A DNA stretch of 64,000 bases from positions 65,906,001 to 65,970,000 of the forward strand of contig NC_043004.1 of NCBI RefSeq assembly GCF_006345805.1, given 5' to 3'. This stretch comes from Octopus sinensis (taxonomy: Eukaryota). Position numbers and translations under genes: made by a program. The notes under the pieces are model-generated. The model was not told the DNA's origin and made no database searches. It saw only the letters and a list, made by a program, of their open reading frames with translations. Shown here piece by piece: positions 1 to 13,623 of the stretch. How positions within the stretch are numbered: the stretch's first letter is position 1; each line of letters starts with the position of its first letter.

Positions 1-247
1 CCATGCAGACGTCTGTAGCTGTCGGTCAAGTAGTGTGGAGCGACTGACCTCCCTTGTTCGAAGGTTATATGGATACAGTTTGTGTATCAAATAGCTAACT
101 TAAGGCGATGGCCTCATGGAGCTAATAAGCGGTCAGCTTTATTCTTATTTTTATAAGAATGCCATATTAGTATGGCGATAACTATTATTTTCCGGGAACG
201 CTGCCGTGTTCTCTTTTAGAGAGACTTAGTAATTTTAATATTTCTAT

Positions 248-250
<3 letters not shown>
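1..250 (+). mobile_element. 3' part of the ~355-nt hammerhead-bearing non-coding element (same family as 33885-34490), cut by the window start
   Basis: Colinear similarity to 34358-34490 (+) and to the reverse complement of 33885-34120. Ends in ...taattttaatatttctattat followed by (TA)n, the same terminus as at 33885. Confidence 0.8.
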
Positions 251-278
<28 letters not shown>

Positions 279-329
279 TATTATATAATATATATATCCA
301 TATGTTGAATATGTAAAAATAAGAAAATA

Positions 330-540
330 TCGCCGACCGCGTGTGTACCGTTGTCGATCTTTTTCCCTCTGTCTTCCCTTCTCTGGATCTTTCCTTCTCC
401 TATGTTTCCGACGAAGAGCTCCGCTCGAAACGTTAAACCTTCCTTCTTTCCCTCTTTCCTGAGCGTCCAATAATACTATATTTGTTCCACGTCTTCGCGT
501 TGTGTTTTTTTTGTGCTTTCATGTTTGGATTAACTTTAAC
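330..540 (+). mobile_element. PLE-type 3' terminal fragment with hammerhead-like motif
   Basis: Close reverse-complement copy at 26865-27050. Contains CCGACGA-A-GAGC-tcc-GCTC-GAAACGTTA (408-435). Flanked by (TA)n. Confidence 0.6.
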
Positions 541-598
<58 letters not shown>

Positions 599-1864
599 CG
601 AGTGTGTGTGTGTGTGTGTATGTGTGAGTGTGTGTGTGTCTAATTCTGTATGACTGAGTATATGTGTGATGAATGTTTATGAGTATTTCTCTCTCTGTAT
701 CCTCCTTCTCGTATGCTAGATTGGGTATGTATTCCTTTGGATACTTTAATTAATTATATTTTTCTTTTCTACGTTTACATCCTTCTATCACTAAGCAACC
801 ACCTATTGTAAGGAAAGAATAAAAATAAAAAAAACTTCGATAGGAAAACAAAGATGGAGAGAAGTATACAAAATGCCAGGTTAAGAAGAAATATTTCTTC
901 GCGGATGTTAAGACGAAATCGATTTTAAAAAATGGAACGGGAAAACAGAAAACAGTTTTAGAGGAAATGAGACTTTCCAAGAAAAAAGTTCTTGACCTGC
1001 AGATAATCGATCAAGTTTTTGTGTTTTCTTTTAAAAATACTTCTTTTTCCTATTCCGTTTCACCAAATTGCCTTGTCGAGAGAGAATAAAAGTTTTTCAA
1101 CGAATATTCCCCATAAAGAACACGCAGTGATTTTAGTTGGAGTAGGTTTATTAATAAACAAAGAAAATATATGGGATTTTATCATTGGCTCCGTTCCCTT
1201 ATTCTAAATAATATCGCGAAAAAAAGTAAATTAAAGTTTTAAAAAATTTAATTCTGTATTAGAAATCCTAGTTATTCCACCCAAAATAGAATTAAAAGAA
1301 AAATTGTGTATTTGGGTTTGAATTAGAAAACATAGATATATTAAGAGCTCTGTGATGCTTTAAATTCCGTTGGATGCAGTGCATAAATAGATACAGATCT
1401 TATAATAGCTTAAATGTGGTTACTACTGACAAATAAAGAAACGTTTTGTAGCTCGATGTTATTTATATTTTGAAAACTTACCTGACCTTTTACCGTTTCT
1501 TAGCCCAGATGTAGCAGTTATTTAAATAATGTAATCCTCAAAAATTTGTTTCTACTGTATTTAATGCCATGACGACGCACCTTTTCCCGGAATAAAGTCT
1601 CTAAAAAGTAACGCCGAGTTAATTGTGTGAAGTTGCTAGAATTATTACATGATTGAATGCAATAAAATCTCTTTTATTTTTTATAATAGGCTGCTGAAAT
1701 TGGGCTGCGCCAATACGTTTGTGCGTCGTTTATGCTATCCAATAGGCTCGTGTCATTTTACTAATAAATTTGAAATGTACATATATTTATTAGGGAAGTT
1801 AACAAGTAGCATTTGCTTCTCTAACATAGTGACAACAACAATTTATCGCTTATCTTTCATTTTT

Positions 1865-2200
1865 TTTACTCACTGGACGGCAGCCATACTGGGCACCACC
1901 CTCAAAATTCCAATCGAGCAATTCAACCCTTCTACATATTCTTTTGATTACTTATTGCCGAACCGCTAAATTTTGGAGACGTAAACATTATCGGAGGATA
2001 TCAAGCGGCAGGGGAGAAGAAAATACAAACACAAAGAAACTCATAAAAATATATACGACTGACTTTCACAAAATTTCCATCTATCATATTTAGTCACATG
2101 GCATTGGCGGGCAGGTGCTGGTGTAGAAATCACTGCCCAAAGTATCGCGTAGTAGCACTGAATCCAAAGCTACGTGTTTGCAAAGAGAGATTCTTAATCT
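1865..2200 (-). mobile_element. Degenerate tRNA-derived SINE (family A)
   Basis: Diverged reverse complement of the 63454-63855 element (gccgaaccgctaa, aaatttccatcta, gtagcactgaatcc). Confidence 0.5.
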
Positions 2201-2233
2201 AATACACACGGAGAATACTTCAAATGGATTTAG

Positions 2234-2280
<47 letters not shown>

Positions 2281-3320
2281 CCGTTCGGTCAAACCATAAA
2301 TGACCCACACCGTCCAAAAAATAACAACTACTGACTTTGGTTTAAGGAAGCAATTTTATTGTACAGAACGTGTAGTTCTATTCAGGGCTTAAACATAAAC
2401 GCAATTTCATTCACTTAATTCATCTTTCTGTCTTAATGCACCGTTTCCATGTTAAACACAGCATATTAAAATCGACATAAAGGGATGTAAAAAGAAATGT
2501 AATGAAGTAAAGCGTCTTCAAACTCAGGTGGAATTTGTACCAACGATGCTTTTACTATACAACGATGCTTTTACTGTTTCACATTTTTATATATTTATCT
2601 ATCTATTATATATATTTACGTTTCTTTTATTTTCAAAAGAAATGTTGGCTGCGGAAGCAAAACTAAGAAATTCTCCACAAACCAAATTTTAAAAAAAAGA
2701 AAAAAACAACGGCTAATACGCTTTCTATAAAAAAAAATGAGGAAATAAACAAAAAAGAGAAAGAGAAATTGTGATTTACTCAAGTTTATACTAAAATAGT
2801 GATCTTGCCAAAGGCCAGCATCGAATGGAATAGAAATAAATCAATTGCAGGTCTTTGAAGAAATGTAATAAAATTTATGGCCTATGTAATAATGGTTGCT
2901 TCTGTGCAGTGAACGACCCAAGCTTGCAGTTGTTTAATTGAAAGCATGCCAGCCGACATGATGGCTAACATACATTTATGTCCATCCCAATTTATAGATA
3001 TTGTTCCTGTTGTTTTTGCTGTTGTATCTGTTGTACGTATTTTTGTTTAGCCCAAGGTCAAACTCATTTGAGTAAGCCAATGATCAAAGAGCTTCCAAAC
3101 GTGGCCAGCACTTGTTTTACCCCTATATTAAAGGCAACAAATTTTAGATCAAAATATGAGGCAGAATTGACTGTTATTTCTAGCTCGTACAGCTACAAGG
3201 TAGAGACTCGCTTCTTGGCTCGTGGGGCCCATGGTCGAACACGTATATAAATTCTGCATGTTAAGATTTACAAGTGTATGTGTGTGTGGAATTTTCAGGA
3301 CATTTATAAAGAGAATGTTA

Positions 3321-3368
3321 GTCATACAGCTGTTTCTCGGACATTAGGGATATCCCTTCATCAGCGAC
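3321..3368 (-). ncRNA. Type I minimal hammerhead ribozyme motif
   Basis: Minus strand reads gtcg-CTGATGA-ag GGATAT ccct a ATGTCC ga-GAAA-CAGCT-GTA-tgac. Palindromic ACAGCTGT helix III and 4-bp helix I; the base of helix II is mismatched. Confidence 0.55.
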
Positions 3369-3528
3369 GATGTGAGATGGTCAAACAGAGGGAGATAGTA
3401 GAGTTCAATATAAGGAGTTATTTTGGAACAGGATGGAAATAAGAAGTATAGAGGGAAATAGGATATAAATGTATAAATGAAAATATATGTAGTATATATG
3501 AATGTATATATATATATATATATGAATG

Positions 3529-3578
<50 letters not shown>

Positions 3579-4383
3579 GCAAAACAATACAACTACGCAT
3601 ATACTTATATTACATTCATACATACATATATATATGTGTGAGTGCGTGTGTCTGTGTGTGAATTTGTGCGTGTGTGTCTGGGTCTGAAGATAAACCCATG
3701 CATGTATATATGCTATAGCTACACGCATTTTTATATACAAATCTATGGAAGTAAATATTGAAAAAGTAAAAAGAGAAAATGGCGAAAATCTTGTAAAAAT
3801 AATGTGGGATTCTATACCATTCAGATATAATTACTAGATATGTGGCGATGATTTTACATAAAACTGCGTATATATATATATATATATACGTGCGTATGTG
3901 CGTGTCAGTATGTCAAAACGTCTGTATATATGTATATATATATATATATATTATCATATGTGTGTAGATATTTTTACAAGGGTGCGTATGACTGTCTCGC
4001 TCTTAGTGAGCGTTGATGAAATGACTATGCTTTAACTTCTCATTTAATGTATCATTTTACGTAAATATATCATTTCAAAGAAATTCTGTACACACATGTG
4101 CAATGTGTAAGCACACTAAAAAAACACACCGGGCATAAAAGCAGAAGAAAATCAATATGAACACATACATACACATATATACACAAATACATTTACATAT
4201 GTATACGTGTTTGCGTGTATATGTGTGTGCGTGTTGTGTGTATAAGAATATATGCATATGTAACTATATTGGTGTTATTATTAGGACATACATATTTGTG
4301 TGTCAGTGTGTGTATGTGTAAGTGAGAATGTTTGTGTGTGTATATACATGTTGCGTGTTTGCATACATATATATATATATACA

Positions 4384-4483
<100 letters not shown>

Positions 4484-4497
4484 ATATATATATATAC

Positions 4498-4531
<34 letters not shown>

Positions 4532-5334
4532 GTATATATGTACATATATATATAAGTTTATAACTATATGAATATATATATATATATATATATGAGGGAG
4601 ATATATTTGCAGATTATGCGTATATCTGTCCGTATCAGTGTCTGTGATCCTTTATGGTGCCTTCTGTGTTTCCTTCAGCATTTTGGTATGCGAATATATA
4701 TCTGCTTATGGCTATATTAATGTCTATGCATGAGAATACGAACGTGATTCTGAATATAAACGTGCGTGGCATGATCATGTTCGTGTGGACGCTGCACATG
4801 AAATATGCAGGCATTGACTTCAAGTTAGATAGAAGGTCGGCAGACGCTCATTACGCAACGTTTGTAAAATGTCTGCTCTGCTTTCAGTCAATGATTCAAT
4901 GACGTCTGTTATTGGTCTCTAATTAGCAAGTGACGGCCATATTTTTTTTGTTACTTTTGAAGACAGCAAATCACATAAGTTTCTTTCCAATTTTTCATGT
5001 TGATTCGATATGCAAAGCACACATACACACAGATACACACATACAAATGTCCAACATTGATACACTTTTCCTCCCTCTCTCCCACAATGTATATACATAT
5101 ACGTATGCGTGTACATATACAGAAATAAATACATCTACAATGATACACACACGTATGTGTATGTCTAAGTATGTATGTGGGGTGCCATATCAACAAATAT
5201 TACAATTACATAAATCAACGCATTAACACTATGATACACAATTTTTTTTGAAGCAGACAGAACAGTATACATAGACGTCACGTGCATCTCTTTATGCATC
5301 TATACTTACATATATATATATATATATGTGTGTG

Positions 5335-5484
<150 letters not shown>

Positions 5485-5681
5485 TATATATATGGTGTGT
5501 GTGTGTATATATATACACATACATTCAAATATAGATAGTTGAACATATATATACATGTATGTATGCATGTATATATATGTACTTACACATATATATATAT
5601 TATATTATATATTATATATATAAATATATATATAATATATATTATATATATAATATATCTATCTATCTCTCTCTCTCTCTC

Positions 5682-5748
<67 letters not shown>

Positions 5749-7014
5749 TATAAATATATATCTATATATATATCTATCTATCTATATATATCTATCTATC
5801 TATCTATCTCTCTCTCTCTATCTATATACATGTATGTACATACACAAAGACATACATACGTATATGATATTTATCCACGCTTATATGCACATTTAGACTG
5901 GCAGGAGACATGTCTGTTTACTGTAGCGTAAAATCCATCTCAGCTCATACTGCAATAGGATGCTACTGCTTTGTATATGTCTTCCAATTATATGAGATCA
6001 TATTAACATTTTCCATCATTAAAATATAAAGTATTCTCAAATATCCTCATGGCACAATGGCATACATTTCATAAAGTATACATAATGTAAGACTTTACTA
6101 CCAATATCAAATAAAATAAGCTACTCTGATGATAAAATGGATAAGGTACATTGAATATTTGCCTAAAAAAGCATTAAGCCAAATCTTGGTTTGTCAAAAT
6201 TACCATGCTGCATTCCGAGTTGAAGGTCTGCTGTGGTCCCAAAATATTCTTTGACACCATATATCGACGCATTTGTTACCTCAACATAGATCCTTTAGCA
6301 GATTCCTTTTTGTTCCTTACAATCAATCAAAATCTGCAGTTTACCGATATCTTCCTTTCAACTTCCTGCCTAACTCAGGTTGTTTCCCAAATGGTTTTGG
6401 TTACTGCCTCTAACACCTGACTAAGTTATACAAAATACAAGACTGCCTTCCAGGAAGAAATGAATTAGCACTTTCATTTGGATGTCAAGTTAAATTTTAA
6501 GATAAATTTTAAAACACTTCATATACCCCCAACTCAGCTTATAGGTATATTCTGTTCAAATCCTTTGCTTAGCTAGCGTATGCAATGCGGTGGTCTCGCT
6601 TCATAAATCTGAGACATTAATTTTATGAGACTTCCACTTTCAAATACGATTGGTTTAAGCGAATGTATTGATGTTTTATTTTGTCCTTTGATTTGTTGGA
6701 TCTAGAGAAAGGGGCAGAATTTATAACCGATATCGATTAAGTTTGAGCCCTTTAATAAACCGTTTGAGCTGTTGTACATCGTAACTTACAAGAAAGATAT
6801 AGGCAAGGAAACAATTCCAGAAGATTAGAGTTCTGTGAGGGAATTACTGATTTTCTTGTTGGTGGTGTGTTAGCTTGGGCCAGTGGATGCAACATTGTTG
6901 ATGGGTTGAAGACTGAAGAATGGGTCGTCACCTTCTGAGAGACAATGAAGACCAATCAACTTAGAGGAAAAGAATCGTCTACGATAATATTAAACATGAC
7001 AAATATCGGATATA

Positions 7015-8243
7015 CTGGGTCATCCCATAAATAATGAGGTTTGTTTCAATTGCATGAACTAAAAGTCCGAGGGTGACCGGATAAACTACCTACATCAACT
7101 TGCTTATAACTCAAGCAGTAAGTTTACCTTGCCCTTATTCCTAGTGCAAGTTTTGAAGAGTTTAGTTCGATTTTAATAATTATATTTTCGAAGCTATAAT
7201 GGAAGTAACAAAGGAGCATATTCAGCATATTTTGCTTTATGGGGTCAATGAAGGCAACAACACAACGGAAAGTGCTAGGAATGTTAGTGTAGTATATGGG
7301 GATCGGACGATAAGCGTGAACCAGTGTCAACGGTGGTTCCAGACTACAGCCAAGAAGACGATCCTCTTCCTGGAAGATCTGTAGAGCTGGACGAGGACGT
7401 CCTGCCAGCCCTGGTAGAAAAAATCCCATTGTAACTGTTGCGGAACGAGCAGGAAAGCTTGGACTTTGTCATTCAACCATTCATCGACATCTGCGTGCCA
7501 TCGGAAAAGTCAACAAATTGGGTCAATCAGTTCCTCAAAAATTTTCCGGGCCTAATTGCGCGCAGGGAGTCAATGTGTCCTATTCTTTGCTGCCACGCTT
7601 TACTAATGGACATTTTTTGGACCGAGACAAGAAATATGTTCTCTATAAACATGTCAAGCTCCAAAGATAGTGGATAAGAAAAGGAGAAACATCGGCACCC
7701 CAGGCTTCACACACGTAACTTGTTGTTATCTATTTCCTGGATTATGATGAGTTTAGTCCACTTTGAACCTTCAAACTCAAATCAAACAAAAACAAATGAG
7801 AACAACTGTGAGCCGTTTGAGCGGCTTACATCAGAGCTTGAGGGAAATTGAGCATCTTAGGTTTCAAGACGAAAGGTGTTCTTCCATCAGGATAATCCTC
7901 AGCCACATACAGCAAGGATGTCATTCCCAAGGCTGGAGCTGTTTGAATAGAAATCGATGCACCATCCACCGTATTCGCCGGGCATTACCCCATATGATTA
8001 TCATTTATTCCTCACTCATCATAATTATTTGGACGGAAAAAAATATGAATTCTGTAGACTAGTTGAGAACAGTAATGGGGGAGCATTTTTCGTCACGCAC
8101 AAATGAATTTTGGAAGACCTTGCAAATCTCACATATATATATAGAAGAGCATTGTAGAAAATGAACGAGAACATATTTTAGATTAAAACAAAAATTGTTT
8201 ATCTTAATTTTGAAAAATAAATGAAGTATAAAAGTACCGCATT
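7015..8243 (+). mobile_element. Decayed mariner transposon (transposase pseudogene)
   Basis: TA followed by TIR-like ctgggtcatcccataaataatg. Frames give MEVTKEHIQHILLY..CQRWF, FFHQDNPQPHTA and HPPYSPGITPYDYHLF, with many frameshifts. Right TIR truncated. Confidence 0.85.
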
Positions 8244-9591
8244 GTCAGTCAGGAGCCAGAGCTTTTCTGTTAGTGATTTTATGCTAATCAATCGAAAGGG
8301 TTTCTCTGGCTTCAGTCTTATGATATCAGGATAAGTAGCAGTTGCACCGACCCATATAAGTGTAATACTCCATTGAGGGCCACAGCTGAACTTCCTAGAA
8401 TGCCATCAATGTTTTGGCAGTATATATATTTGGATCCTAATCATGTAATTCCGGCAGGAAATGTTTTCGGCGGTAAGGAGGTCCAGACGTTTGTACGAAG
8501 GTATGCCCTCTAATTAACTGATGTTCAGAATCAAGGTGAAAATAGTGCGATATTCTATAATTCCTTTATAGATGAAGATGAACTCCTTTTACACCTTCGA
8601 CTAACGAATACTTTCGTATCAATGGCTTCTTATATTATCAGAAGTTTGTTTGTCTCATGATATTTTATGACCCCAAATTGGTGGCTTCCCAGACATTCTG
8701 TACTGGTCTAAAAATTCAACGACGTCTCCGGCTAGACGATGTTTCGGTATATTAATATCAATGTTTCCTTCAGTGAGAACAAATTAAAATTAGATTTTAA
8801 ATCATCTCTCTGGGACACCCGAAAGGTGAATTCGGACTAACCTCTAATCAGCATATTGTAGTCTTGAATTTGGCATCTTGATGTCAATGTAATCAATGTC
8901 TTTCCTCATAATTTAATCAACATATATCTCAGGTGTTTTCCACCATGAATGGAATAATATCACATGTTTGTTGGTGACTCTGTTGCCATATTTGACAGCA
9001 AGTTTCAAACATTTCTGGGTCTGTATCAGCAGCAAACGTTTAAACCCACCCTTATTACTGGATATAGTTTCTTTATCTCTGTTCTATTAGCGTTCATTTG
9101 ATGTTTATCTGGCCGAAATGTCTTCTCTTGTTCCTCCTGAAACACTGAATTATAAACATGTTTGTTTCCGTTACATTGAATCCGGTTTCTTTGAATCTGG
9201 GAAAATGTATTTTATTGTTACATGTGTTTGCTATTGTGTTGCGCAATTCTTCGTCCGGGTTCTAGCTGAGATTCATTTACTTAAACTCCTCGAAAGATTT
9301 ATAACTCATTGCGAGCAGTTCGAATCCCTGCTAGCGTATTTACGATTGGGCCTTTTCGTTTAATGCAAGGTTTAAACTGTTCTGTTATGAAATTGTATGT
9401 GACACCTAAGAGATTGATTATTTGCTATTATAACTTGCAGTCCATAAAAATAAAGTTAATGCCCTGGAAGGGAATCATTTTGTTGCTTCTGAAATATCTC
9501 ACATAAAGCGGCACAAACAAACATGTGATGAAACTCCCTTACGTCACACGAAATATATAAATAAATTATAGAAATATTCAAATTAGGAGAG

Positions 9592-9653
<62 letters not shown>

Positions 9654-10140
9654 TTGCGTATGTGTGTGTGTATGTATGTATGTATGGATGGATGGATGGA
9701 TGTATGTATTTGTACGCGTGTGTATACTATATAAAGAGATTATTATTAAAAGTAATATTAAAATATGCTAGGAGCACATTTATAAGAGCCATAACAATGA
9801 TGCGGAATGCTACTCCTTAAAGAATTAAATAGACCCACAGAGAAACATTTCAATTTGCAGCTAAATTAACGAATAAAATGTTTGTCCACAAGTAGTGCTC
9901 GAAAGCATAAAATTTTAACAAAATCCCAACAGAAAACAGAACAAAATAATAATAAATAATAAATAATAATAGGAGTAAAATGGAAGAAAGATATCCAAAG
10001 AATAAGGATTCTGTTCGGATAAAGGAAATAACTATGTAGCGAAGTATAAAATCTTGCCCAAAATACATTTTGAAATTTCTGATGGATATAAGATTGAGTT
10101 CAAATGTAACGAATAGCATCAAATATATACGTAATTCGTA

Positions 10141-11390
10141 CATAAGTTCTGCCGGAATTTCGAATAAAGAAAACAAGTGATCAAGTGTTATATTTAATTG
10201 AAATTTAATCATCAATATACTTTCCCTGATTATCTATGACTTCCTTCCATCTATTTTACAAGCTTTTTAATCTCATCAATGTAAAATTCTTTTGGTTTCA
10301 AAGCGAAGAACTCTGAAATGTCAGTTTCGACCTCCTCCTGGCTTGCGAAAGTTAAGTCAACCAAATGATTCTGTAAACTACGAAACAAATGGTAGTCCGA
10401 CGGAGCAAGGTCGGAATAATAAGGTTGATGAGGAATTTTTTCTCAGCCAAGCTCTTCGTTCTTCAGTGATGTGATGTTTGCAGTGTAGGTTTGCACATTG
10501 TCCTGATGAAACATCACTCATGTTCGATTCACTAAAGCGGGTCTTTTTTCTTCAAAGCTTTGATAGTAGAGTTGAGTATTGATTGTTGCATTAGGTGGTA
10601 ACAATTCAAAGTGAATTACTCCTTTGCAATCGCAACAGATAGACAGAAGAAACTTTTCCCATGAAGTTCCCTTCTTGGTTGTGGTTGAGGTTTTTCCCTT
10701 TTACCAAGCCACTGTTTACGACGTTTAACTTTTCAATAGACTATCCATTTTCTTCACCAGTCAGAAGTCTATCCAATCAATGGTGAATCGAGTTACCGAG
10801 AATAGAGAGAAGAGAAGGTGTCAACTCGGGATTTGCGGTTGCTTTCGGACAATTCATGAGGCATCCATTTCCCAAGTTTAGGAACCTTTCCGAGTTGTTG
10901 AAGATGTCGATGAACAGCTGTATAGTTTGAACTAAGCTTTATTGCCAATTCTTCAACTGATAATGCAAGATTTTCTTCAAGTAATGCCTCAAGGAGCTTA
11001 TCATCAAACTCAACTGGACGTCCAGTTCAATCTTCATCTGAAATCTCCACTTCTGAATTTTGCAAACCATCTTCTACAAGTTCTTTCGTTTAATCATTCT
11101 TTCCCATAAACTGAGTGTATGTTTCGAGTCGTTTCGGCTGCAGAGTTTCCTTTTTTTCTACTCATAAAACATTATGTGCCTCAAATGCAGTTTGGATACT
11201 CCATATTAGACAGGATTTTAATCAAAGAAATTTTAATTCTATTATTCTGTAAAATAATATTTAATTAGTTTAAATGTACACAAATGCATAAAAATAATAT
11301 TTAATTTCTTTAGACATTCTAAAATAATACTAAATTTCAATCAATTTTTAAAAACGGGTAAGATCAGACAGAACTTATGGGATGACCTGA
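10141..11390 (-). mobile_element. Decayed mariner transposon
   Basis: TIR tcaggtcatcccataagttctg at 11390 and partial cataagttctgccg at 10141. Minus strand gives a KLHLRHIM N-terminus and an EFYIDEIKKLVNRWKEVIDNQGKYID C-terminus. Confidence 0.8.
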
Positions 11391-11579
11391 TATACGTGAA
11401 GGTACCAGGTTAGGAACGAACGTCATTAAATTACAGTAATCCACATAAAAAACAGCAGCACAAATAAAAGAAATTCTAGAAACGTTTATGTCATAACCAT
11501 TACATCTCAGATTCATATTGATGGTAATATACGTGTTTATGTTTCTATGCATGTATATATGTGTATGCTTGTTTCCATG

Positions 11580-11643
11580 AATGAATGTATGTATGTATGT
11601 ATGTATGTATGTATGTAGGTATGTATGTATGTATGTATGTATA

Positions 11644-11701
<58 letters not shown>

Positions 11702-11777
11702 TGGCCCCAGCATGGCCACAGCTCATGAGCTGAAACTAGATTCAATCAATGAATCATATATATATATATATAATATA

Positions 11778-11818
<41 letters not shown>

Positions 11819-11982
11819 TATATGCTTACACATGTGAATCGACGTACGTGTATATATGCCTACGGATCTATATATATACATATATCTATATCTATATCTA
11901 TACCTATATCTATCTATCTATCTATATATATATATATATGTATGTATGCATGTATGTAGGTATGTATGTATGTATGTATATA

Positions 11983-12044
<62 letters not shown>

Positions 12045-12094
12045 TGCCCCAGCATGGCCACAGCTCATGAGCTGAAACTAGATTCAATCAATCA

Positions 12095-12162
<68 letters not shown>

Positions 12163-12310
12163 ATATATATGCATATATGCTTACACATGTGAATCCACGT
12201 ACGTGTATATATGCCTACGGATCTATATATATACATATATCTATATCTATATCTATACCTATATCTATCTATCTATATATATATATATATATATGTATGT
12301 ATGCATGATA
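11580..12310. repeat. ~345-bp tandem duplication built from a SINE tail plus microsatellites
   Basis: gcggt(g)gccccagcatggccacagctcatgagctgaaactagattcaatc at ~11698 and ~12041; atgcttacacatgtgaatc...gcctacggatct at ~11822 and ~12177. Confidence 0.85.
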
Positions 12311-12397
12311 TATATATGTGTATATATATGTATAGTATATATACATATATATATTTATACATATATATACACATGTATATGTATGATATATACATAA

Positions 12398-13082
12398 ACA
12401 TGATGGCTGCGCCCTCGTTATCGAGTATGGCCATTGCACGAAGTTTAACTGTTATTGGTGCTGTGACCGAATGTGACTTTCTCGCTCAGCTAAAGATCTA
12501 CAATGTCTTGTACAGAATTGGCAGCTAAAGCCTTTACTGGTAATAGCCGGCTGTAGTTGTAACTGGGCTTCATGTACCTTTGCATGTCGTTTAAGTCCTC
12601 CTGCCGAATTACTCTCTCTTCCACATGCCCGACAGATATGATTAGTATGGTGTGTAAAACCACCACCAGTGGCCAGGTTGTCACTCATTTGTCTCGTTTG
12701 ATGACTACGAAGATGACTCTTGAGTCCAGCTTTACTGAGGCAGGGTCTTGCACAGACACTGCATGTCAGCATCATAGGAAGACCCTTCCCATCAGTGATA
12801 CCCTTCCTGACATCAATCCTTACTTTCTCATGTGCAACTCGAGATTTCTCGAAAGCAGCTGTCCGCTCGTGCACAATCCTTCTCCACCTGCTACGATCCA
12901 CAGCAATGCCCTCCCATGTGACAGGAAAGATGCAAGCAAGTTCTTACACCTCTTTTTTGGTTTATGTGGAGGTCGTTCTCCTTTAGCTAGCTCCCATAAA
13001 AGTTTTGTTTTGGCATCCTTGAATCCTTCATCCTGGTCAGATGACCACTCCATCTGATCTTTTGCTTTAACACAAGAGCTTC
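12398..13082 (-). mobile_element. RTE-clade LINE 3' end (5'-truncated) with C-terminal C2H2 zinc fingers
   Basis: RWSGHLTRMKDSRMPKQ..L.KGER..DRSRWRRIVHE, typical of the RTE C-terminus, followed by three CxxC..HxxxH motifs. Homologous to 55137-55535. Confidence 0.85.
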
Positions 13083-13189
13083 TATATATACATACATACT
13101 TGCATACATACATACATAGATACATACATACATACACTCACACATACATACATACATACATACATACATACATACATACATACATACAT

Positions 13190-13238
<49 letters not shown>

Positions 13239-13269
13239 CATATATTTGTTTTATATACATGCATTTGTT

Positions 13270-13313
<44 letters not shown>

Positions 13314-13623
13314 TAAGCAGTGTTAGCGGTAATAGTAACCGATTGAGGAATAGAACATCCGTATTTACTATCGGTATCAGTTACTTGTGTTATCTCTGGA
13401 CATGGGTATGCAGGCACACTATGCGCGTAGGGTACAGGTAACAACAGAATAAACAAAAGTTTATCAGGAATCAAATTTAAACTATCAGAAAATGAAGAAA
13501 ACTTTAGATCAACAAACAAACAACTGGGCCTCATCCGTAGGTTATTTTTAATACAACACATGATATAACGTTTATATATTTGTTGTGCAAGATTTTTTAT
13601 GTGAAGTCGTGTGTTGAAACAGA

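Noticed and set aside
750-1650. Possible degenerate PLE thumb domain and hammerhead (TTGAGGA..GAAACGGTA, minus strand ~1487-1546)
   Set aside because: Helices are weak and there is no continuous reading frame.
8245-9560. Possible decayed DNA-transposon coding region on the minus strand (DTD and RAYLRTNVW hints)
   Set aside because: Too many stops and frameshifts to assign by eye; needs BLASTX.
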